From Cyanophora paradoxa CCMP329 (lineage: Eukaryota > Plantae > Glaucophyta), in the NCBI GenBank assembly GCA_004431415.1, contig QPMI01000657.1:1-64000 (forward strand): DNA of 64,000 nt. The letters are read 5' to 3'. Below the pieces are notes generated by a model, which was given only the letters and a program-made list of their open reading frames with translations, did no database searches and had not been told where the DNA came from. A program made the translations under genes and the position numbers. Shown piece after piece: positions 37,201 through 48,200 of this stretch; position 1 is the stretch's first letter, and the number at the start of each line of letters is the position of its first letter.

Positions 37201-40200
37201 AACTTTGGAAGCCTTTCGCCTTCGGAAGCCTTTAGAGAGGAGAACTTTGGAAGCCTTGAGCGGACTCGCCTGGACGAGGGCGTGGTGCCAGCAGAAGCGG
37301 GCGGAGGGGGGCGGCCACGCCGCCTCCTCGAACGCCACGAAGGCCTCCCCGCCCGCCCTGCCCCCCGCCTTCTCCTGCGCCCGGCCCCGCCCGTTGGACT
37401 CGAGCTCGACCGCCTCGCGGCGCGGCGGCGCACGCGGATGAGGCCGGCGGTGTAGAGTTCCCTTAGCGCGGAGGCGACGGCGGCGTCGCCCATCCCCGAC
37501 GGGTCGGCCGCCGCCACCGCAGCAGGCGTGAACTCAGCTCCGATCACCTGAGGCCGGTGGGAGGGGGCGGGGTGGAGTTAGCGTCGCTCGCTGCAGTGCA
37601 GAGCGAGCAAGGTTGTCAGCCAGCCGGGCGCACCGAGGCGAGGCGGGCGGCGGCCTGCGCGGAGGGCGAGAGGCGGTCCACTCTCGAGAGCACGATCTGG
37701 CCGACCTGCGCTCGAATCCGCGCGGGTCGGTTTTGAAGCGGAAAAAGGTCCGCGTGTATCCCCCCGCACCGTGTCGGGGATCCCGCCGGGTGTCTGCTGC
37801 GACGGGGTCCCAGCGTGCAGGCAGAGCTGCGGGGGTACGTCGATTGCCGGCAGAAAAAGGGGGGCGGGGTACGGGTCGCTCACCTCGACGAGGTAGAGGG
37901 GTACGCCCCCGGACTTGTCGAGGACCGCCTCCACCGCTTGCTGCGGGTTCGGGTTCGAATCCGCGAGAAGAAGTTTTGTTTGTGCGCCGGTACAAGCCGC
38001 GCTGGCGCCGCACCGGCGCCCAGGAGGTGCCCTGCCTGGACGAGAGGGATTCCAGTAGGGCGCGGGACGACTCCCGCGAAAGTGGTCCCTGCCGGATTCG
38101 AGCCTGAGTCCTCCGCAAACGGAGCCGTGCCGGGGTGGGGGGGGGGGGGGGGCGGTCGGGGGTACCAGCGCGATGTGGAGGGGCCGCCAGGCCTGGTGCG
38201 GGTGCTGGTGGCGCCCCGGCGTGGGCGGCTCGGCGCCGCCGGTGGCGGCGGCGAGCGCGGCGGCGGCGGCAGAGGCCAGAGATGCCTGCGAGCCGGAGAG
38301 GATCCTCGAGGGCCGCGGCGAGCCGGCGCCATACGCGTCCGCCTGCCCACCGCCGTGCGGCGAGCCGCCCGGCTGCGCTTGCGCCTGCGCCTGCGCCTGC
38401 GCCTGCGCCTGCGACAGGGTGTGGTAGATCGCGGAGGCCCTCCGGTGGCCCATCCCGTACCCCGACCTGCGGCGCGAGCCAGCCGGTCAGTTGCGATCGT
38501 TCAGATCGTCGCGATCTTGGGCGTGGCGCAGAGAGCACAGGCGGCGGGGCCCGCCGATGAGGCTGTACGTAAAGCCTCTACTTTTTAAAGCCTCTAATTT
38601 TTCGGTCGGAGCTTAGCTTCTTAAAGCTAAAGAAAGATCCTAATGAGCTTCTTGAAAGGTCTAATCTCGAGGGCGCTCGCAACCTGTAATCACTAGATCT
38701 GGGGGCGGGGCGGGGCGGGGCGGGGCTCGCACAGGCGGCGGGGCCCGCCGACGAGGGCGACGAAGTCACGCGGGGGCGACTGCAGCGGCCGCGTCGTGAT
38801 GAAGATCTGGCCCCGGGGCCCCGGGGCCCCGCCGTGAGCGAGGGCGAGGCGAGAAGCGAGAAGAAGGTGCGGCGGCCCCCGCGAGGCTAAGAATGCTTTC
38901 TATATAAGATACGCCGGTCCGCTTTCCAATGTATCTCAAGCTCTCTAAGCTCTTTCTTTAGCTTTTCTCGAGAAGCGACGTCTTCTCCAGAAGTGGAGGA
39001 CGGTGGAGAAGACGGAGGCGAAGGGGGGAAGTCGGGGAGGACTCTCAGTTAGGCCCTCAACGCTAGGGCGAGGGCCGGGGCGAGGGCGAGGGCGAAAGGG
39101 GCCGGGCGAGGGTCTAGCTTTCCGAGGGTCGAAGGAAGGAAAGGGGGAGGGGGGCTTCGGAGCCAGGCCGTCAGCAAAGAAAGCTGAGAGCGCTAGCCAG
39201 CCATCCAAGAATAAAGTTCAGAAAGCTTAGAGAGCCAAGGAAAGCCAGCTAGTAAGCCTATATGTTTTTAAGAGAGCTGAGCTTAGAACGCTTAGAGAGC
39301 TGGGAAAGCGCACGAGGATGCCGGGGCAGGCCTCGCGGACGTGGCGGAGGACGTAGAAGCTCGCCGAGTCGCACCAGTGCGCGTCCTGCACGCCGCAGCT
39401 CGCCTCAGCGCCTCAGCCGCCAGACCCCAATGGAAGCTGCGAAGCTGCGCTCTAGTGGAAACCTCCGCGAAGCTAGAGGAAAGCCGCTCTAGGAAGCGAT
39501 CTAGCTGCGATCTAGTCCGGGGCCGGGGAGGCGGGCTTTGGATTCGTAGGGCCTTATCCGATCCACTGGAAACCACCGCAGAGCAGTGCGATGCGCTCTA
39601 GAAACCATCGCGAAGCTGAGCCGTGCGGGCGAGGCGGGGGGCGGGCTTCGAGGAACAGAGCGACGGGCTTGCGGCAGCCGCCGCGCTAAAGCTTCTAATG
39701 TCTCGATCAGCGCTAAGCTTCTTAGAGCCTCTTAAAGCTAACGATCTTAAAGCTTAAACTCTCGGGTCGGGGCGGGGCGGGGCCACGGGCCTCAGAGCTA
39801 AGCTTCTTCGAGCTTCTTAAAGCTGTAGATCTTAAAGCTTCTTAAAGCTTAAGGGGGGGCGGGCCTCGAGAAAGAGGGCCACGGGCCGGCGGCGGCCGCC
39901 GTGCCGCGCCGCCTCCTCCGCCTCCACCGCCACGATGAACCTGAGGCGGGGCCGGGCCGGGGTCAGACAGAGGAGGAGGAGGTCAGAGGGCGGTGCAGGC
40001 CTAGGCCTAGCTATAGATCGCCGGGGGGGGGGGGGGGGGCGGGCGGGCCAGGGCGGGGCCGGGGGCACCGCTGGAGGATGTCGGAGATGGCGCCCAGGCT
40101 CCGCACGCCGATGATGTCCAGCGTGCTCTTCAGCGCCCGCCGCGACCTGCCGCGAAGGGAAGAGTCAGCGGAGAACAAGTTAGAGAGGAACGGAGGCGAA

Positions 40201-43200
40201 GCGGGCGCCGGCGCGGGCGCGCACCCGCTGCGGAAGCTGCGACCCGAGGCGCCGGCGGGCCCGCGGGCGGCGGCGCCGCCGCCGCCGTCCGAGCCGAGGC
40301 CCAGGGCGGGGTACAGGAAGGCGGCGTCGTCGGGGGAGAGGAGGCCCCGCGCCACCAGCTCCGCCTTTCGGGGGGGGGGGGGGGGGATTATTAGAGAGGC
40401 GAGAAAGTAAGAGGAGGAAGAGAAGAGGGCCGATAGCTATATATAGACGCGGGCAGCCTCCCTTCCGCCGAAGAACGAGCATTGCCGGAAGATCTCTCTC
40501 GCGCGCGGGCGGACCTGCGAGCTACCGGCCGAGGCCAGGACCCCGCGGAGGATCCACAGCGGCGTCCCCTGCGCCCCGCCCGTCAGGCCAATCTAGGAAA
40601 ATGGCTGGCGGGGGCGTTTCTTAGGCCGCGGCCCGAGGCTTTATAAGATTTCGAAGAAAGAGGGGGGAGGGAGGGTCCGGGTGGGAGGGCGGGGCGGCTC
40701 ATCGGACCCCAACTCAGCGATCTAGAAAGTGGCTTTCTAGAAAGTGCATGGCGGGGCCGCGGTTCTTGGGCCCCGCCCGAGGCTTTGGAGGGCGGTTGGG
40801 GGCAGGGGGGGGGAGGGGGGGGGGGGGGGGGGGGGGCAGACCTCCTCGATGGGGTCGGCGGCGCCGCGGAGGACGGCGGCGCCGCGGGCCGAGCAGGCGC
40901 GCAGCACGGCCCGCGCCAGCGCCGACTTCCCCACCCCAGCCTCCCCTGCGCCCCGCCGGGTCACGTCGCGTCAGCGGGCGGACATAGCTTTCTAGCTTTA
41001 GCCAAAGCGTCACGAAGACGCTCAAGCTTCTTCCAAGAAGACTCTAAGAGAGGCACCCTCGTTTTAGCTTTCAAATTTAGCTAAAGCGTCAAGGAGACGC
41101 TCAAGCTCTCTCTTAGAAAACGCTAAGCAAGCAAGCGGGGCAGGTCTGGGGCACCCTCGACGACGACGGTGGTGCCGCGGGCGCGGTCGCAGAGGTCCGC
41201 GACGGCCTCCATCGCCGCCCCCAGCTCCTCGTCCCGCCCCTGCCAGGGAGGGAAGAGGGCGGGGGGTCAGGAGGAGGCCAGAAGAGGGGCGAAAGCGGGA
41301 GGTAGGCTAGAAGAAACGAGGAGCTCCAAACGAGGAGCTAGATCGGGCGAGGCGAGAGGAGGAGAGGAGCGGGGTGAGCAGGAATCTCGGGGGAAGCCAG
41401 CGAGCGCGCGAGCGAACTAGCTATCGATATCTAGCTAGAAGCTGGAAGCGGGTGGAGGGGGCAGATGCGAACGAGGGTCTAGAAGGGGATGACAAACGCG
41501 AAGGTCGCTGGCGCGAGGCCGGGCGGCTGGCGAGCTGGCTCTCTAGAAGCTGGAAATTTGACGGATTTCTCTCTGGCGCGCTGACCACGAGCGGGGCGCG
41601 GAGGGAGCGGCTGCGGAAGGAGGCGGTCCGCGAGTGCTGCGAGCCCTTTCGGGACCTGGGAGGAGGGAAGAGCTTAGCTCAGCCTGGAGTAGGGAGAGCA
41701 AAGCTTAGATTGAGCTTAGTTGGATCGTAGCGGACCGGTTGGACGGGGAGTTGTTGGAGTGGGGGCCCAGCCCCAGCGACAGGAGGCGCGAGGAGAGGAC
41801 TTTCGGGGTCCCCGGGGCCAGAGGCGAGCCCTCCGCCGAAGACGACGAGAAGGCGGGCGGCAGCGTCGCCGCCGCGGAGACCACGAGGGGTACAGGCACG
41901 GCCATGCTCGCCGGCGCTAGCGCCGGCGTCGCCGCGGCGGAAGTGAACGATCGCCTGAACTCGAACGACTGCGGCGCGCGTAAGGAGCACGGGGGTAGGG
42001 GTGAGTGGGAGGGGAAGGGGGGTACATACGTGGGGCCGGGAGCTGGCGCTGTCCCCCGAGACGCTGCCCGCTGTACCCTCCTCGGGCGCCTTCCGCTGGG
42101 GGCGGAACACCTGCGATCGCGACGATCGCGACGGGGGCTACAGAAATAATACGGCCCTGCGCGGGTTCGAACCCGGACTGGCTTGTCGAAGCCCTTGGCG
42201 TGTACGGCGGGCATCTCCTCGAACCGCACCGTCTGCAGCCAGGACAGGGTGAGCTCCGAGGAGGACGCAAGGGGGGGTACAGCTTCTCGCGCACGGCCGT
42301 GCGGCGCCCGTCCTGCACGGCGGCGACGACGCCAGCGTCCACGAGGACCCTCCGGGCCTCCGCGCCCTTGCCCGAATCCGCCTTCGCGGCGCCCATGAGG
42401 CGCGCCGCAAGGATCTGAGCGGCCCGGGTTCAGGCGTTTTTGGGGTACGTTTTGGGGTACAGGCGGACCACGCAGTCGCCAATAACGGCGTACTCCTTCC
42501 GGCAGGGCGCGCCGAGGATGCCAACGAACGCCCTGCCCCCCGCGACCTGCCCCGCAGCTTAGAAGAGGGTTTGGGGGGGGGGGGGGGAGACAAGGCCGCG
42601 GGGGGGTACGGGTGCGCACGCCGCAGGCGAGGGGCGCGCCCTCCTCGGCGAAGCTCTCCTCGAGGGCGAGGGCCGCCTGGACGGCCCGGCTCGCGTCGTC
42701 CTCGTGCGAGAAGCCGCCGGGCAGGCCGAACCCGAGGAGCGCCGACGCCCCCTTGTCGTCCCTGCGAACGAAGGCTTGAGAACGAAGGCGGGGGGGGGGG
42801 GGGGGGGGGTGTAACGTGCAGCCAGAGCTTGTTGACAGCGGCCCCGTACTGCTGCGCCGCGGCGTGGACCGACCTCGCCACCTGGGGGTACGCGGTTGGG
42901 AGTGAAAAGGACACGGGGGAACAACTAGCTAACGAAGACGTCGACTAGGGCGGTACGACGCACCTCGCCGAAGCGGTCGGCGTTGGCCGAGGAGGGGATG
43001 CCGACATCGATGTCTGGAAAGGAGGCTGGGGGTACGAGCTTCAGTGCACGCGCGGGGGGTACAGAGATGCACAGGAAGGGGTAGCGGACCGAAGACTACG
43101 TAGACCGTGCGAATCTGGCGGAGGAGACTCGGCGTCAAGAGGGGAAGGGTACCCGTCGGGACGGTGGGGGGGTACCTGGTTGGTCCAGAACGCGCTGTTG

Positions 43201-44438
43201 GTCAGAAGCAGGCCGGTTTCCCGCCAATCGCCGCCGGCTGCAAACTCTGCGGGGTACGTGGGCGGAGCGGACGAAGCGGGGGTACGTGAATCCGAACCGG
43301 GGACGAGGGAGATGGCGGCGGGGGCGTACGGGGCGAGGGCGGCGGCGGCGGGGGTAGAGCCCGCGGGGATCGGCGCGCCGCAGCCGCAGAGGGGCCCGAC
43401 CGAGGAGGGGGGGGAAGGCGAGAGGGGGGGCGAAGTGCCCCCGGGTAGGAGGAGGAAGCTGGACCCGTGGGGGCGGGAGGGGAAGGAGGGGGGTAGAAGG
43501 GCGTGGGCCTCAGGGGATGCCACAATCTGGTCCCCCGAGCTCGCCCTTTGCGCCTCGCACACTACCCCCGGATCAGACAGGGCGTAGGGGTCACTGTCGG
43601 GGGTACGGCACCCTGGCGGATGACGTCACCCGAGAAGACGGCGTGCGCCGATCGCTCCCCCCCGGAGATAAGGTGTGTCTCGAGGAGCCCGGCGCCTGGG
43701 GTACGCGAATGAGAGGGCGCGGGCCGGGGTACTGCGCGGGCCGGGGGCGCGGGGGGGGCTACCGAGGCCGGTGTGGACGACGAGGGAGTACCCGGCACGG
43801 GCGAAGCGGATGCCCTGGACGTCGAGGGCGGCGCGGGCGGCGAGGGCCACGGCCTCGGGGAGCGTGCGGCCCGCCGCGGGGACGAACGCCACCACAGCGT
43901 CTGCGGCGCGCAAAGCTAAGCGATCGCAAAGCTAAGCTAAGCTCTAAGCTGGGCTGAGACTGGTGGCCGCGCACCGCCGGCGAAGAAGAGGACCGAGGCC
44001 TCCCGCGCGTGGAGGAAGCGGACGAGCAGGCTGAAGTACTCGTTCAGGGCGGAGGTCAGGTTCTCCGAGGCCGCCGCGCCGTCGCTGTTCGTGAAGGAGC
44101 GCGCGAAGGACGAGAAGCCGCGGACTGTCGGGCGGGCGGGCGGGCGGCCAGGCGTCAGTCGGCGGCACGCGCGGCGCGCTTTCTTCACTTCTAAACCTCA
44201 GAGCGTGGCAGGGGCGCAGGCATGCACCGTCCAGGAACAGGGCGGCACCCTCGCACGAGGACGTGGAGTCCCGCCCCTTCCTCAGCTCGGCCAGCTGCTG
44301 CAGGCAGGCCGGCGAGGCGAGGTGGCGGAAGGGGAGGTACTGCAGCGCGTCGCGCAGCGGCTCGTTAGGCGAGGTCGCGCCCGTGCCGCCCGGCTCCAGC
44401 CGCGGAGCGGGGCCCATCGGTAACGGCTGCGCGTGCAA
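31294..44438 (-). CDS. Soluble adenylyl cyclase (ADCY10/sAC)-like protein: two class III cyclase domains + P-loop NTPase + helical C-terminus; many introns
   Basis: Exon peptides CEGAALFLD..GFSSF..ENLTSALNEYF..VLFFAGD; VHTGLG; VNKL..DDKGASALLGFGLP..SHEDDASRAV; EYAVIGDCV..LAARLM; AKGFDKPV; Walker A GEAGVGKS (~40940). Last exon ...WTANFIPMLI* ends at 31294. Start codon not resolved. Confidence 0.85.
32498..32944. repeat. Perfect 16-bp minisatellite (CAGCCAAGCCAAGCTT) x~28 inside a cyclase-gene intron
   Basis: Exact periodicity of 16 nt. Confidence 0.97.
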
Positions 44439-45206
44439 GCCCCGCTTGGCGCTATTCCGGGCCGCAAGCTACCGACTCGCCATCGACGCCTGCTGCTGCA
44501 GCTGTGCCGCGAGAAGAGCCGGCTTATCCGTCGAGCTGCAGTGGCACGCGTACGCTTGAGGCGGGACTGGTGTTGCTCGCTGTGCCTTCAGAGCCTGAGG
44601 CGTGCCTTCATAACCTGCTGCATGCGCAGTCGTGCATTGCTTGCAGGCTCCGAGAGCTTGGCGGCCTGCAAGCTGCAGGCTGCTCTGCGGCAGGCTGCTG
44701 CTGCTGCTGCCGCATGATCACTTTTGGAGCCTGATCTAGGCGAGCGCAATCTAGCCCGCTTCTTGGCCAATCTAGCTCGTTTCTCAGTCAATCTTGGGTA
44801 CTACGGTAGGTCCGGCGCCGCCGGATCGCCGGCCGGCGGGCTGACGGTCCATGCGCCCGTGAATCGGGTCGCTAATCCAAGGCTGATTTTTTTTTTTTGA
44901 GTTTTCCGTAGTTTATTAGGGGACAGAGCCCCTGGTACACAAAAAACATCGTTTTCTGTCTACCCTAGGCCTAGGTCTACCCTAGGCCAACTAATATACT
45001 TTAGCCTAGTCTACTCCCCACTATTGGGTCTCCGACTAGGCGCCCCAAGGGCTATACCCTATTGCGAGCCCCGCCCCCTCTACCCTTGAGGCGGCTCTCT
45101 CGGAGCCTCCCCCCCGCGACGGGCCAGGGCCGGTCACGATGGGGTGGGGTAGAGAGGTGGCAGGGGGCTGGGGCCGGGGAGATTGTTGGGCTGGCAGGCT
45201 CAGGGT

Positions 45207-48200
45207 TTAAAGCCAAGCGGCGAGATCCCAAAGATGAGAAGAGAGAGGAGGAGATCTCCGCGGTGGTACCTCACGTGTTCCCGTGCAGGACAGAGGAGCG
45301 GGCGTGGAAGGCGGTGGAGGTGGCGGTGTCGGTGGAGCGACAGGGAACAGATGGGACAGGTTGCTGGAGGGGCGAGATGGGGAGGGTGGAGCTGGAGAGC
45401 CCGTTTCGAGAAGAGGAAGGGTGGAGGAGGGGAGGGTGCGGGGGAGGAGGCTGGGGTGAGGGCCGGGCCTCTTCGGTGGGGAGGGCGGGGCGGCGGCCGG
45501 TCTTGTGGGGAGGCCGGTCTTGAGGTTCGGGAAGAGGCTCGGGCACAGCTGATGCGGCTGCGGACGACGCTCCATCCCGCCGCTGGGCGTGACCATGAGC
45601 AGCAGCAGGGGTGACGGAAGCTGCTGCAGCTGTTCTAGATCTGCGGGGGCGAGGTCCGGGTCCGGAATTATTGCCTCGGGCTGCACGGAATCCCGCCGAC
45701 TCTTGAATTTCTCGAAGGAGGCGCGGGCGTCGCGTCCGCACTGTTGCCGTGCCGTCGGCTTGTGCCACTGGTGTGTCAGGCGGGGGCACTTGCGTTGGCG
45801 GACTGTCCTTTGGACTCTGGGGCCTAGCTATAGAGGTGTCGCTGACGGCCGACGGGCGCGGGCGGGGTTGGAAGAAGGTGCGGATGTCTGCTCGCGAGTT
45901 CCGGGCCGCAGGCCTTGGGGTAGGCTGCGCGCTCAGCGGGGGCCGGTATTGGGGTTCCGGTGCGGGCGTGACTATTTTGGGCCTGGATGGGCCTGCAATG
46001 GCTTCATCTTGGGGGCGCGGTCTGTCTCGCTGGTTTTGGGGGGCGACACTGGAGCGGTACATTTTCCTTTGCGTTTGTGCTGCGCCAGGGCTTCGGGGGA
46101 GGCAGCAGCGTAACCGCACCGGCAGCTGAGGGGGCATCCCGTGGCAGTTCTCCCGGGGCCAGCGCAGCCACCGGTATTGCCCGGGGCTGCTCGGGCTGGG
46201 AGGCGGTGCTCGTGGGCGCCTCCGTATCCAAGGCCTGCGAGCCTAGAATCCGAGAAAGAATGAGGCCGCGCCAGGTGGCGCAGTTAGACACAGTGCCGTG
46301 AAGGAGGGTGTGTAGGCCGTGGGGTCATGTTCCAGAGCACGGACAAGTATTTCGGCGAAGGCACAGACGAAAATCCCGCAGTTGAAGCGATCGTTTTGGG
46401 CCGGGATGGGGAATCGGGTGGCTGAGGGGAGGGGCCAGGTGAGAGCGTCGTCGGCGCCGGTCGAGGAGCCTAGGGCTGCGCATTCGCGCTCCATGTTGAG
46501 CCATTTTAGGAGGGGCAGGAGTTGACGGCGGGCCTCTTCGGGGCCCGGGAGATTGTATCCATCGTATAGTTCAGCACGGCGAGCACGGAGATGGAGGGCT
46601 GCAAGGATCCAGTGGCCCGGGGTGTGGATAGGGAAGAGTAATAGGTCATAGTCAAAGACATTAATTCCGCGCCCAGCGGTGCGACGGCGCAGGCGGGCGC
46701 TGCCCGCCGGCGTTATTGTCTGGGGAATAGCGGCGTAGAAAGTGTGCGGGAAAAGTAAGACGCGTCGGCGAGGGTTAATTTCTCCGCTCGCAAGAAGGTT
46801 TAGTCGGGCAAGGTAGTAGTTGATGACGTCGGCGTTCACCAGGACGAGCCGTTCAGCGTGGCTAGGTCATGGAGCGATACGGAGGCACTGCCAAACAGTG
46901 CAGCGGGGCCGCTGCGGGCTGCCGGGAGCTCTCGGACTGCGCTGTTGGGTAGAGCGCGGGTAGGGGAGCGGCGTACTTGGGCCCAGGCGGCACGTAATGC
47001 AGGTGGGGACGGCGGAGCCGGCCACCCTGCATTACTGGCATTAATATTGGTGATGCTGTTAGCAGCTGCCGGCCTAGCTACAGGTCTAGGTCTCGGGCTC
47101 GAGCTCGGGGCGGCGGTAGGGGGCACCGGCGTTGCGGGTATCGCTGTTGTAGGGGGGGCCGTGGCCGGCCACGGTGCTGGGGGAGCAGCGCGGGTTCGAG
47201 AGCGGCGCGACTGGCTGACTAATTGTAGGTCTGATGAGAGGGTGAGCTGGCCGTTGGGTATCCGTCGACGCGGGGCCGGGGCCACCACGGTCGAGGGGCT
47301 CGTGGGCTCATCCCTAATCCTGGCTGGCATCGACCTCGCCGGTGAGGGCTCAGCAGGGCGCGAGGGTCGAGGTGCATGAGTTTGGCGGCGAGTAATCCCG
47401 TGTCGGCGTTGCCAGGACTGGACTTCGCTATTGCGAGCCTTCCAGATTGCTTGGGTGTAGTCTATGATGGTGGCCATAATTGCGTTGGCGCATTTAAGCG
47501 CCGCCGGTCTACGTACATCTAAGTAAATCAGGGCAGGGATGAGGCTACGAGGAAGGAGGAGCCTGACGGTGTGGCGGGGAGAATCGCAGGCAAGGTCGGC
47601 GAAGAGTTTGCTGCCGAGGCTTTGCCACTGATCGGGCAGGCCATAGAGTGGCTGCGTGAGGTGCGAAGGAAGGGGCCCGGCCGTTGGCGCTGACGCTCTG
47701 ACCATCCCAGTTTGCATCGTCAGCCAGTGCAAAGGCCGGGAACAGTTGGCGCAGCAACAGTCCGTCCTGGCGCAGGGCCGGGGGCAGCTTGTAGGCTGGG
47801 TCGCCAGCTGCAGCCGCATCGACTGCAGTTTTTAGGCGTTGAGACGATATGGTTTCGTACAATAGGTTGAATATCTTAGTTTGGGCTTCGATACGGAGGG
47901 TGCGTGTTGCTGGGCAGAGACCAAAGGCGTGGTCGTGGGTTTCAGGCGTCCCGCTAACGATAGGGGGGGCCGCGGTGCCTGGCGTGCGTCTCGTGCGGCC
48001 GGGTCGCCGTTGGGGCCGTTCCGGATCCCACCGTCTTCCTCGGGGTCGGACGCAGGCGGCTGCCATGGCGGGGCTGGGGTGGGCCGGCCGTCTGGGCCTA
48101 GCACGGACGCGCAGCCTGCGCGAACACAGAGTCCATTTGGATTTATTGCACTATAGAGATGGGGAGCGTCCCGGGCACGTTCACCCATGAGGGTGCGAGT

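Noticed and set aside
46880-47900. Dualen/RandI assignment (second, restriction-like endonuclease after the zinc finger)
   Set aside because: No PD-(D/E)xK motif is visible; the region is a short helical segment (IWKARN) plus a Pro/Arg linker.
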